NCBI GenBank assembly: GCA_964553725.1
Contig: CAZKME010000001.1
Coordinates: 9,168 to 73,167, forward strand
Source of the DNA: an uncultured Zetaproteobacteria bacterium
GTDB lineage: Bacteria; Pseudomonadota; Zetaproteobacteria; Mariprofundales; Mariprofundaceae
Direction: 5' to 3'
DNA length: 64,000 nucleotides
Under the pieces are notes generated by a model. That model was not told where the DNA came from, searched no databases, and worked only from the letters and a program-made list of their open reading frames with translations. Shown one piece after another: positions 20,708-29,976 of this stretch; within the stretch, counting starts at the first letter, position 1, and each line of letters begins with the position of its first letter. Both the position numbers and the translations under genes were made by a program.

Positions 20708-20779
20708 GAGAATTGTGAAAGGGTCAGGGTGAGGGCGATTCTTTCCTGACGCCTCACCATTCTTATTTCTCAATTCTCA
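20708..20779. terminator. Hairpin built of heptamer repeats between convergent yqgE and glmM
   Basis: GGTGAGGGCG/CGCCTCACC stem and outer GAGAATTGTGAAA/TTTCTCAATTCTC arms. Confidence 0.5.
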
Positions 20780-22109
20780 CGCGAATCGCCTCAGTCAGTG
20801 GTTCGCCGATATCCAGCATCAGCCCTTCATCTTCCGCTTCAACCATAATACGCAGTTTCGGTTCGGTGCCGGACATGCGCACGTTGATGCGCCCATTTTC
20901 GCCGAGCCGTGATTCGGCATCGCCAATCAGTGTCTGTACCTGCACATCGGCCAGCACATCCTTGCGTTCAGGCAAGACGATATTCCACAGCTTTTGGGGA
21001 AACAGTGTTAAATCCGCCGCCATGCCCGACAATGGTTTATTCTGCTCGCTCATGGCCGATAGCAGTTGCAGCCCGGTCATCAGGCCGTCGCCGGTTGTAT
21101 TGTGATCAAGCAGAATCATGTGGCCGGACTGTTCGCCGCCGAGATTGCAACCTTTGTCGCGCATCATTTCCAGCACATAGCGATCACCGACCGCAGCACG
21201 GTACATGGCTAAACCCATGGCATTTAAATAGCGTTCGAGGCCCATATTGCTCATCAGCGTGGTCACCACGCCATTGCCGGTCAAGTCGCCCGAACCATGC
21301 GTATGCTCGGCCAGAATCGCGATGACGCGATCACCATCGACAATGCGTCCGTTGGCATCGCAGGCGATTAAACGATCCGCATCGCCATCGAGTGCCAGAC
21401 CGATATCCGCACCGGATTCAACCACCCGCCGCATCATGGATTCAGGATAGGTCGAGCCGCATTCGCGGTTAATATTATAACCATCCGGTTCGTCAAACAT
21501 GCTGATTACATCGCAACCGAGTTCCCGCAACATGCGCGGTGCCACATCATAAGCGGCACCATTGGCGCAATCGATGACCACCTTGAAACCATCGAGGCGC
21601 ATGCCGTGAGGCAAGGATCCTTTGAGAAATTCAATATAGCGACCACGCGCATCATCCACACGGGCAGCCTTGCCAATGTCCAGCGCCCCCGGCAATGGCG
21701 GCAGAGCGTCAATACATGCCTCGATTTCGAGTTCTATTGCATCCGGTAATTTAAATCCGTCAGCGGCAAAAAATTTGATGCCGTTATCACCGGCGGGATT
21801 ATGCGAAGCCGATAACATAACGCCGGCATCGGCACGCAGGCTGCGGGTGAGATAGGCCACAGCCGGCGTCGGCACAGGGCCGACCAGCAACACATTCATG
21901 CCCTGCGCCGTCAGACCGGCGCACAGGGCTGATTCAATCATATAACCTGAAAGCCGTGTATCCTTGCCAATCAGGACATGCGGCTGATGAGATAAATGAC
22001 GCGTCAGCACATGGCCTGCCGCCCGGCCCAGCGACAGGGCGAATTCAGCCGTCATCGGGCTCTTGTTAACCGTTCCGCGCACGCCGTCGGTGCCAAAATA
22101 ACGTCTCAT
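20763..22109 (-). CDS. glmM: Phosphoglucosamine mutase
   Basis: YFGTDGVRG, SASHNP, DGDADR, GGEQSGH, SGTEP. Confidence 0.98.
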   Translation of the reverse strand: MRRYFGTDGVRGTVNKSPMTAEFALSLGRAAGHVLTRHLSHQPHVLIGKDTRLSGYMIESALCAGLTAQGMNVLLVGPVPTPAVAYLTRSLRADAGVMLSASHNPAGDNGIKFFAADGFKLPDAIELEIEACIDALPPLPGALDIGKAARVDDARGRYIEFLKGSLPHGMRLDGFKVVIDCANGAAYDVAPRMLRELGCDVISMFDEPDGYNINRECGSTYPESMMRRVVESGADIGLALDGDADRLIACDANGRIVDGDRVIAILAEHTHGSGDLTGNGVVTTLMSNMGLERYLNAMGLAMYRAAVGDRYVLEMMRDKGCNLGGEQSGHMILLDHNTTGDGLMTGLQLLSAMSEQNKPLSGMAADLTLFPQKLWNIVLPERKDVLADVQVQTLIGDAESRLGENGRINVRMSGTEPKLRIMVEAEDEGLMLDIGEPLTEAIRVRIEK

Positions 22110-22813
22110 GGTTTACCTCCTGCCATTGTAGGCTTGTGCAGCTTTGATGTTTTCTGCTTCTGTTTCTGCATCAGCATGCCCTTCACAACAATATCTATCT
22201 TACCTCTGGTCAGCCTGATGGCTTTGCCTGAAGGGCTTTCTATGCCGGTTTTGGTTTCAAACGCGCCGGCTTTTAAATCGAGCCGAATCGGTGCTGTATC
22301 CACTGCGCGCAGTGTTTCCAGCCACACTTCCGGCCCGGTAAGCTCCACTTTTTCCGGTTTGATGCTGACAATGGTCGCCTGCCAGCCTTCGGGCAGTTCA
22401 AAATGCGCTTTTACCGGTACGGAGCGCGTGACCAGCCTGTCCACCTGCAACTCCAGTCTGTCCGGTTGCACTTTCTCAATATGCAGACCGACCGGCAGGG
22501 CCAGCGCGGATAATTGCGGGGCCCGCTCCACCACGCCCGGCGTGGTTAAATCGGAGGCGTTGACCGGCATGATCAAGTCCTGCTGGCGCAAGTCCTTAAG
22601 CCGGGATTGCAATCCGGTGATGGTTACCCGGACGTGATCCGGCAAATCATTCACCATCACCATATTGGTCGGTAATGCCTGCACCTGCAACGGAATATCC
22701 ATGCTGACGGAGCCTTCGCCCTGACCATGCACCTGCAACCACAGGGCAATGGCGATAACAACCGCCCAGAATTGCAGGTTGTAGCGTCGAAACAGGTCGA
22801 TAGATTGTTTCAT
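22106..22813 (-). CDS. cdaR: CdaR/YbbR-like diadenylate cyclase regulator
   Basis: Single N-terminal TM (AVVIAIALW) then YbbR-like beta-rich repeats (VRVTITG, PEKVELTGP); ATGA overlaps with cdaA and glmM. Confidence 0.85.
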   Translation of the reverse strand: MKQSIDLFRRYNLQFWAVVIAIALWLQVHGQGEGSVSMDIPLQVQALPTNMVMVNDLPDHVRVTITGLQSRLKDLRQQDLIMPVNASDLTTPGVVERAPQLSALALPVGLHIEKVQPDRLELQVDRLVTRSVPVKAHFELPEGWQATIVSIKPEKVELTGPEVWLETLRAVDTAPIRLDLKAGAFETKTGIESPSGKAIRLTRGKIDIVVKGMLMQKQKQKTSKLHKPTMAGGKP

Positions 22814-23613
22814 TCGGCTTTTCCGGCAACAGAAAGGCTGTTGTGTTGCGTCGCCCGCTCTATTGAGGCGAGGTGCTGTTCCAGCTCCTGATGCAATTCC
22901 CGACTATTTAAGGCGGCACCCATTTGGCCGCCTTCCACCAGATGCACTTCGCCTGTTTCTTCGGATACGACAATGACCAGCGCATCGGTTTCTTCAGTCA
23001 ATCCTACAGCCGCCCGGTGGCGCGTGCCATAGTTTCCGGGTACGGCATTGGCCTGCGCCAGCGGCAGCAGCACGCGCGCCGCTACCACCCGACCACCGCC
23101 GGTATCAGGGTCAATCACCACGGCACCGTCGTGCATCGGTGCATCGGTGCAAAACAGGGTTTGGATCATTTCCGGACGCAAGGGCGCATCCAGTTCAATG
23201 CCCGAGTCATACAAATGCCTCAAACCGGTATCGCGCTCAATCACCATTAATCCGCCCCAGCCACGATGCACCAGTGCAAAAGTCGATTCGACCATGGCTT
23301 CAACCATGGCTTCACCCGGCTCATTGCCCGCAGACAGAGGGTTAATGGCCACGTGCATGAGCGCACGTCGAATCTCATGCTGAAATAATACCACCAGAAT
23401 GACCATAAAGGCCGAGAAGAAATGGCCGAACATCCACTCCACGGTGAACAGGCCGAATACGCGCGCCAGCTGATAGGTGACCACAACCACAGCCACGCCA
23501 ATGAGCATCTGTACCGCACGCGTGCCACGAATCAGGCGCAGGAAAAAGTAGACTACGATAGCGACCACCGCGATATCCACCACATCGGTGATACCGAATT
23601 GCCAGTTGCCCAT
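22810..23613 (-). CDS. cdaA: Membrane-bound diadenylate cyclase CdaA (DisA_N domain)
   Basis: Three N-terminal TMs, IRGTRAVQML, FQHEIRRAL, catalytic DGA (MHDGAVV) and RHR (GTRHRAA), VVSEETG. Confidence 0.95.
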   Translation of the reverse strand: MGNWQFGITDVVDIAVVAIVVYFFLRLIRGTRAVQMLIGVAVVVVTYQLARVFGLFTVEWMFGHFFSAFMVILVVLFQHEIRRALMHVAINPLSAGNEPGEAMVEAMVESTFALVHRGWGGLMVIERDTGLRHLYDSGIELDAPLRPEMIQTLFCTDAPMHDGAVVIDPDTGGGRVVAARVLLPLAQANAVPGNYGTRHRAAVGLTEETDALVIVVSEETGEVHLVEGGQMGAALNSRELHQELEQHLASIERATQHNSLSVAGKAE

Positions 23614-23755
23614 TAGCGGGATTGTCCTTGAGAGATTTTATGGTTACGCATGTTTTTTACTGCATTTTCCCGGAGAAGAACATAACAAGTCAGGATAGTG
23701 GGATTGTTTCAGCTTGCAAGGGAAAGGTGAAACAAAGCCAGCCGCTTTGGTGACC

Positions 23756-24235
23756 TCAATGTTGATTTTCAAGACAATCCAACAGCCGTTCGGCATTATC
23801 AGCCAGCATCCTGTAGACATGTTCAAAACCATCCGGGCCACCATAATAGGGGTCGGGCACATCAGGCGTGGCGGGGCCATCTTCAAACTGGCGCATCATG
23901 AATATGCGCGACTCCGGCACGCCCATGCGCAGCAATTCTGCCCGGTTTTCCACATCCATCGCAACCAGCCAGTCCCAGTTGTGACATCGGGTTGATGTAA
24001 TTTGCTGCGCCTTGTGCGGACTCAAATCCAGACCGTATTCACGGGCCTTGGCGACAGATCTCGGATCAGCAGAACCGCCAACATGCCAGTTTCCCGTACC
24101 GGCTGATTCAAAATGGTAATGCTGCAAACTACGTTGTTCAGCCGCCTCACGGACGATCACTTCAGCCAGTGGCGAACGACAAATATTACCGAGACACACA
24201 AACAACACTCTGATTTTATCGGGCCTCATGCACAT
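23756..24235 (-). CDS. Low molecular weight protein-tyrosine phosphatase
   Basis: VLFVCLGNICRSP P-loop, SAGT, DVPDPYYG; start 24235 or 24229. Confidence 0.95.
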   Translation of the reverse strand: MCMRPDKIRVLFVCLGNICRSPLAEVIVREAAEQRSLQHYHFESAGTGNWHVGGSADPRSVAKAREYGLDLSPHKAQQITSTRCHNWDWLVAMDVENRAELLRMGVPESRIFMMRQFEDGPATPDVPDPYYGGPDGFEHVYRMLADNAERLLDCLENQH

Positions 24236-24920
24236 TCCTCTCCGCCTGAGATAATTGCAGATAAACCGGCTCCGGGTAGACTGGCATAGCTCGCCAGTCG
24301 CCTGTTTGTATACAAACGACCTGTGCACAAACAGCCTGCGTCTCCAGCGCCAGCGCCTTGCTGCGTGGCAACGTCAGCGCTTGACGCTGCCAGTGCGCCA
24401 GTTCAGTCGCCGGTTCATTATGGCAGCAATACAGGCCCGGCGTGAGCGTTTCAATCTGAGCCCAGTTCAGGCAGCTATCTGCTTCCAGCATGTTGCCATG
24501 TCGATAGTAGCCGCAGAATACTTCACCGGCTCTGGCATCTTCCAGCACCCGGACAGGCGCTGTCGAATCGGCCTGCCGGGCCGTAATTGCCAGTGATGAG
24601 AGGTGTATAATCGGCAGATGCAAGCCGGCATTAACGCCGGCCAGCGTCGCCGCTGCGATACGAACGCCAGTGAATGATCCCGGCCCCGCACCAAGCGCCA
24701 GCGCATCCAGTTGCTGCCAGCGTAATCCTGCCTGTTCCAGCAATGCCGCCAGCATCGGTACGATACGTGTCGAACGGGTTTTGCCGCCGTTGTCTTCGTG
24801 CTGTGATGATGCATGGCAATTCCCGTTGTGAATAACACAGGCCGCGATTTCACCACTGGCCGTATCCAGAGCCAGAATACGCGATGGAGCCTCAGCATGA
24901 ATAGCGTTATCGTGCCTCAC
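24216..24920 (-). CDS. tsaB: tRNA threonylcarbamoyladenosine biosynthesis protein TsaB
   Basis: ILALDTA, GPGSFTGVRI, DARAGEVF, PEPVYL. Confidence 0.92.
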   Translation of the reverse strand: MRHDNAIHAEAPSRILALDTASGEIAACVIHNGNCHASSQHEDNGGKTRSTRIVPMLAALLEQAGLRWQQLDALALGAGPGSFTGVRIAAATLAGVNAGLHLPIIHLSSLAITARQADSTAPVRVLEDARAGEVFCGYYRHGNMLEADSCLNWAQIETLTPGLYCCHNEPATELAHWQRQALTLPRSKALALETQAVCAQVVCIQTGDWRAMPVYPEPVYLQLSQAERNVHEAR

Positions 24921-25780
24921 AGCTGTTTGAGCAACACCTGTCGCAATGCATCGCCATATTCTTCATGCTGCAAACCAAGCACAGCATTGGCTTGCAAGAA
25001 GCCTCCCGGATTACCGGCATCAAAACGCTGCCCCACCAGCAAGACGCCATAAATCAGCTCTTCTTTGGATAAGGCCGAAATGGCATCGGTCAGTTGAATC
25101 TCACCGCCCTTGCCGGGTTTCACATCGCGCAACAGATCCATCAGGCGCGGCGTGAATATATAACGCCCGATCATTGCCATATGCGATGGCGCTTCTTCCG
25201 GCGTCGGTTTTTCAACCATTCCTGTCAGGCGTAACAATCCCTCTTCCTCGGCCTGATATGCAACAATACCATATTTGTGAACCTGATTTTCCGGCACCTG
25301 CATCAGGCCAATCACCGAACAACCGGTTTGCTCATACACATGGCGCAATTGTTGCATAGCCGGGGCATCGCCAACAATCAGTTCATCGGCCAGTGAAACA
25401 CCGAACGGTTCATCGGCGACCCAGTGGCGGGCACACAGGACGGCATGGCCGAGCCCCAGTGCCTCTTTCTGGCGCACATAAATCACTTCAGCCATACGCG
25501 CGACATGAGAAACCTTTTGGTAAAGCTTCTCCTTGCCTGCCTTTTTCAGATTGGCTTCCAACTCGGCGGAAATATCAAAATGATCTTCGATAGCGCGTTT
25601 GCCACGACCGGTAATGATAATGATCTGATCCATCTTCGCAGCCAGCGCTTCTTCGACGCCGTACTGAATCAGCGGCTTGTCGACGATGGTTAGCATTTCT
25701 TTCGGACTGGCCTTGGTGGCTGGCAGGAAACGGGTTCCCATGCCAGCAGCTGGAAAGATAATTTTACGTAAAGATTTCAA
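24917..25780 (-). CDS. galU: UTP--glucose-1-phosphate uridylyltransferase
   Basis: PAAGMGTRFLPATKASPKEML, RQKEALGLGHAV, VEKP, GEIQLTDAI. Confidence 0.97.
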   Translation of the reverse strand: MKSLRKIIFPAAGMGTRFLPATKASPKEMLTIVDKPLIQYGVEEALAAKMDQIIIITGRGKRAIEDHFDISAELEANLKKAGKEKLYQKVSHVARMAEVIYVRQKEALGLGHAVLCARHWVADEPFGVSLADELIVGDAPAMQQLRHVYEQTGCSVIGLMQVPENQVHKYGIVAYQAEEEGLLRLTGMVEKPTPEEAPSHMAMIGRYIFTPRLMDLLRDVKPGKGGEIQLTDAISALSKEELIYGVLLVGQRFDAGNPGGFLQANAVLGLQHEEYGDALRQVLLKQL

Positions 25781-25828
25781 TGCTGAGCCCCCTTATTAAC
25801 GGGGGCTATTGTAGCATAGTTTTATGAC

Positions 25829-27070
25829 TTATGAGAGGTGACCATAGGAATGCAAGCCGGACAGATACATATTCACGCCCAGAAAACAGAATACGGTGAT
25901 GAGGAATCCGCCCACGGCCCACCAGGCCAGCGCCTTGCCATGCCAGCCATGCGAAACTCGGGCATGCAGATACGCGCCGTAAATCAGCCATACAATCAAC
26001 GCCCATGTTTCTTTTGGATCCCATGACCAGTAACCGCCCCATGCTTCCGCAGCCCATGCAGCGCCGAGAATGGTGGCCAGCGTGAAAGCAGGGAACCCGA
26101 TGGCAACAGCCTTGTAGGCCAGTTGATCGAGTTGATCGAGCGAGGGAAAAATTGCCAGCATTTTCGATGTGCCGCCATTGGCTTCGAGCCTGTGGCGCAC
26201 CAGATAGGCCATGCCTGCGCCGCAGGCGACAGCGAATGAACCGTAACCGACAAAGTTCATCGGCACATGAATTTTCATCCAGTAGGATTGCAGTGCCGGC
26301 ACCAGCGGTTTGATATCAGCCTGACCGACGGAATCCAGCCAGATACCAAAAAACACGCCCGCAGATACCAGTGTGAGTACAAATGCCCCCATCGCCTTGG
26401 CTTCATAACGTTTTTCCAGCGCCAGATAAATGGCTGTGGTAATACAGAACAGCAAAATAAACACTTCATACAGATTGGATACAGGCGCATGGCCGATTTC
26501 CATATCAAACAAATAGGATTCATGCCAGCGCAACAGCAGCGCCGAACCGCCGAGATACACGCCGGTATAAGCCGTCCATGTCGCCATGCGCCCGATAAAG
26601 GACTCCGGCGCAAACAAATAAGCAATGTAGGAAACAGCCGAGAAGATAAAAATCACATTCATCGCCATAATAATGCGGCCTGCAAACAGGTTGGACTGAT
26701 CTTCATAGGTAATCTGACTCTGAGCAGGCTCAAAAAGCGCCCAGATAGAAGCCAGAATCACCATCAACACAAAGCCATCCAGCCACGGCACGGCATTGCG
26801 CGCCATTTTGGCATCCATTAACGTCGGTTTAAGCGTACTGGCTACAACAGCCAGACCACAGCCGGCCAACGCTCCTGTGCCGCCCCAAAGCACGCCTTTT
26901 ATGCTCAATATCTGATACAAAAAAGCACTCTCTTCGTAATCGCCTACGCCATACATGGCCATAGCGCCAATGCCGGCCATTGCGCCCAGATAGGCGGTAA
27001 AACGCAGCCAGGCCCATCGGCCCTGATACAGTATCTCGGAAAAACCGGATTCAGCAGTTGTTGCAGTCAT
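25829..27070 (-). CDS. ccsB: System II cytochrome c biogenesis protein (ResC/CcsA type, WWD domain)
   Basis: GHAPVSNLYE, LVPALQSYWMKIHVP, WAAEAWGGYWSWDPKETW, GLHSY. Confidence 0.95.
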   Translation of the reverse strand: MTATTAESGFSEILYQGRWAWLRFTAYLGAMAGIGAMAMYGVGDYEESAFLYQILSIKGVLWGGTGALAGCGLAVVASTLKPTLMDAKMARNAVPWLDGFVLMVILASIWALFEPAQSQITYEDQSNLFAGRIIMAMNVIFIFSAVSYIAYLFAPESFIGRMATWTAYTGVYLGGSALLLRWHESYLFDMEIGHAPVSNLYEVFILLFCITTAIYLALEKRYEAKAMGAFVLTLVSAGVFFGIWLDSVGQADIKPLVPALQSYWMKIHVPMNFVGYGSFAVACGAGMAYLVRHRLEANGGTSKMLAIFPSLDQLDQLAYKAVAIGFPAFTLATILGAAWAAEAWGGYWSWDPKETWALIVWLIYGAYLHARVSHGWHGKALAWWAVGGFLITVFCFLGVNMYLSGLHSYGHLS

Positions 27071-27105
27071 AATTTACTCCTTGCATAGATGATCAATGGT
27101 GGTGG

Positions 27106-28806
27106 TCAAGATAGCCCTTCCGCGAAGTCTTTATCAAGCTGTGTGAACAGATCGTTAAAAGACTGATTGAAAACAAGGTGATTGCGATTGGCCATCCCCG
27201 CCAGTGTGATGTGGACGCCCTTCGATACAGGCCTGATAATCAGCCACAGCTTGCGATGCGGCATATACAGCATAATGCACAAACCAAGCACCAGCATAGC
27301 GCTGCCAAACCAGACCACATTCATGCCCGGATCCATGGCCAGTTGCAGGCCGGTATAATAATGCTGCTTGAAATCACCCAGCATGGGCAGCATGGGCCAG
27401 GGTAGTGCCGACAACATATTCACTGCCTGCAAGGTGCGCATGGCCATATCCTGCATGGCGTCGGGTCGTTTACCCTCACCGAACACCTCTTTCATGGCAT
27501 TCTTGAATGCTATCAGCTTTGCATCTTTGGTGGATTTGTCGACGCTCGCCAGTTGCCGCATAAAAGCGTGAAACAGCTTCCATTCCACCGGATTGGTAAA
27601 GTCCAGCCCCAGCGCCACCGGCTTGTAATCCGCCGCGTCCCCGGTCAACGAAACCATCAAGAACGAGCCCTGATTTTTACCCTTGGGATCGATGAAAGGA
27701 TTCATATACGCCTTGATCTTGACCGGCTTCAGACCGGGGCCGCGCAACTCATAAATCACCGCCGGGCCGAGATCCTGGAAATCGGTAGGTTCACCCGCAT
27801 TGGCCATATTCTCAACATTATACGGCTTAAAGTCGGTCACTTTGATCGACATGCCGGTCTTTTTATCTTTCCACGTCTTGTACACCTGCGTTTGGGCTGT
27901 GCTAATGGTCTCCGAGCCATCCATATGGTACAACTTAAAAGTGATATCCGATCCGCCATCGCCGAAACTGGACTGATAAATACGCACGCCCTTATAATAT
28001 AACGGCTCGTTGACAATAATATCGCTGGTCAGCACCTCTTTACCGTTGTCAATAATAGTGAGATTACTAAGGAATTCCTTGGGAGCGCCAGTCGGGAAGA
28101 AATCAATCGAAAAACTGTTACAGCGCACTTCAAACGGCATCTTCAAGTGGCCGGTTTGCGTACCCTGCAAAAAAGAGATTTCACTCTCCGAGCTGCCTTC
28201 AGGCACCGCCATATTGCCACGAAAGCCGTAATTTGAGCCAATCCAGCCGCCCACCAGCACCACCAGAATGGCCGTATGCACCAGAATATAACCCCATTTG
28301 TTCCAGCGCCCTTTATCTGCCCGCAGATACTGAACACCATCCTGTTCGATTTCTCTGAACTCCCAGCCCGGCAGCTGTTTGCGAAATAATTGCTGAATGT
28401 GGGTAACATCCCCCTTAATTGGGGATTTCCAGTCATGCAAATACTGGAAGCGCTTGAGAGATTTCTCGGCCACGGTGACTTTGCGGGTGCGCATGTCCTT
28501 GAGCATTTTCGGAACATTGCGCCACAAACACGATGACAATGACACCATCAAAAAGCCGAGGATGCCCATAAACCACCAGGTATGATACATATCAAACAGG
28601 CCGAGCGAACGGAACACCCAATACCATAACGGCCCGAATTGTAGCAGATAATCGGTCTGAGCCTGATTTTGCAATAACACCGTGCCAATCACCGAAGCGA
28701 TGGCCAGCACGACAAGCAGAATAATAGCCAGTGACATCGAACCAAGTCGCTGCCACATGGATTTCAATAGATCGGGTAAGGTTTGCATGCGCGGCATGTT
28801 AGCCAT
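27106..28806 (-). CDS. resB: System II cytochrome c biogenesis protein ResB
   Basis: SMSLAIILL...SVIGTVLLQ, DMYHTWWF, GYILVH, VNEPL.YKG..IYQSSF, YTGLQ...DPG. Confidence 0.93.
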   Translation of the reverse strand: MANMPRMQTLPDLLKSMWQRLGSMSLAIILLVVLAIASVIGTVLLQNQAQTDYLLQFGPLWYWVFRSLGLFDMYHTWWFMGILGFLMVSLSSCLWRNVPKMLKDMRTRKVTVAEKSLKRFQYLHDWKSPIKGDVTHIQQLFRKQLPGWEFREIEQDGVQYLRADKGRWNKWGYILVHTAILVVLVGGWIGSNYGFRGNMAVPEGSSESEISFLQGTQTGHLKMPFEVRCNSFSIDFFPTGAPKEFLSNLTIIDNGKEVLTSDIIVNEPLYYKGVRIYQSSFGDGGSDITFKLYHMDGSETISTAQTQVYKTWKDKKTGMSIKVTDFKPYNVENMANAGEPTDFQDLGPAVIYELRGPGLKPVKIKAYMNPFIDPKGKNQGSFLMVSLTGDAADYKPVALGLDFTNPVEWKLFHAFMRQLASVDKSTKDAKLIAFKNAMKEVFGEGKRPDAMQDMAMRTLQAVNMLSALPWPMLPMLGDFKQHYYTGLQLAMDPGMNVVWFGSAMLVLGLCIMLYMPHRKLWLIIRPVSKGVHITLAGMANRNHLVFNQSFNDLFTQLDKDFAEGLS

Positions 28807-28820
28807 TCATTGTGGCTGCG

Positions 28821-29423
28821 TCATTGGCGAATAATGGTGGAATCATTGCGCCATATACGTAAAATTGATGAGGCTTTTCCAGAACTTTCCACACCGCCAG
28901 CATATCCATTCAGAAAACGGCGCTTACGCATAAACAGCTTAACGTCCGGCTCGGCATGCGATTCTCCCTTGCGGTTGAGGCTGCTGGAAATCAACAAACC
29001 TCCCGCTCTGGCGGCCATCGCTCGAGTCTGAAGGCTGGCATCCACTCGCACAGCCACCATGCCTCTGCTGGAACAACATGCGGGCAAGCCGGGCTTTGCT
29101 GCAAATACCAGTGTCGTCGGCCCCGGCCATGCGCGAGCTGCGAGGCGGCGAAGTTCAGGCGTCACATAGCGGGCCAGCGACATGGCGGTAGCTACCGAAT
29201 CGGCCAACAATAAAAATGGCCCCGGACGCTGTTTAAAACGCATGAGTTTGATGACTGACTTCGGCGAGAATGGAGAAGCCGCAACACCGGGCAATGTGGC
29301 GGTATGATGCGCGATCAAACCGCCTTGCATAAGCGTTGAAGCCATTCGCAAAGCAGCCAGCCTGGCGCAAGTTCTGCTTTTACACCTCAGAGAGAATCGC
29401 CTCGGCCTGTGCAGTTCGATCAT
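28821..29423 (-). CDS. tsaC: Sua5/YrdC-family threonylcarbamoyl-AMP synthase (divergent)
   Basis: KxR (FKQRP), WPGPTTLV, VAVRV, SSSLN, SSILRI; start uncertain, overlaps purE. Confidence 0.75.
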   Translation of the reverse strand: MIELHRPRRFSLRCKSRTCARLAALRMASTLMQGGLIAHHTATLPGVAASPFSPKSVIKLMRFKQRPGPFLLLADSVATAMSLARYVTPELRRLAARAWPGPTTLVFAAKPGLPACCSSRGMVAVRVDASLQTRAMAARAGGLLISSSLNRKGESHAEPDVKLFMRKRRFLNGYAGGVESSGKASSILRIWRNDSTIIRQ

Positions 29424-29853
29424 CTTTCAACAGCTGCGATAGCTGTTCGTCATTCTGGGCCAGCATCTGAACAGCCAGCAGGCCTGCATTTTTCGCGCCA
29501 TTGATGCCAACTGTCGCCACCGGCAAACCCGGCGGCATCATCACTGTGGAGTGCAGCGCATCTTCGCCCTGCAAGGGGCCGGAAGCAATCGGCACGCCGA
29601 TGACCGGTTTCACCGTTTTTGAGCACACCACGCCAGCCAGATGAGCCGCCATACCTGCCCCGCAAATAAACACCTTGCAACCGGCATCTTCGGCATCCTT
29701 GACCGCCTGCATCGTCGCTTCCGGCGTTCTGTGGGCGGAACGAACCATGGTTTTATAGGGCACACCGAACGCAGCCAGCACGACTTCGGCCTTCTGCATA
29801 ATCGGCATATCGGATTTGCTGCCCATCAATATCAATACTTTCAAAGGTTCCAT
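29380..29853 (-). CDS. purE: N5-carboxyaminoimidazole ribonucleotide mutase
   Basis: ILMGSKSD, SAHRTP, AGMAAHLAG, PVIGVP, MPPGLPVATV. Confidence 0.97.
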   Translation of the reverse strand: MEPLKVLILMGSKSDMPIMQKAEVVLAAFGVPYKTMVRSAHRTPEATMQAVKDAEDAGCKVFICGAGMAAHLAGVVCSKTVKPVIGVPIASGPLQGEDALHSTVMMPPGLPVATVGINGAKNAGLLAVQMLAQNDEQLSQLLKDDRTAQAEAILSEV

Positions 29854-29870
29854 AAAAAACTCCCCTTCAC

Positions 29871-29894
29871 CACAAAGGCACAAAGGCACAAAGG
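29871..29894. repeat. 8-bp tandem repeat (CACAAAGG)x3
   Basis: Three exact copies immediately upstream of the purE SD. Confidence 0.85.
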
Positions 29895-29976
29895 GTTACT
29901 CATGAACGCGCATGGCATTTTTCCACCCCACGCGATGAAACCGTGGAAAAGAGCCATGCAACCGCGTTGTTTATTC

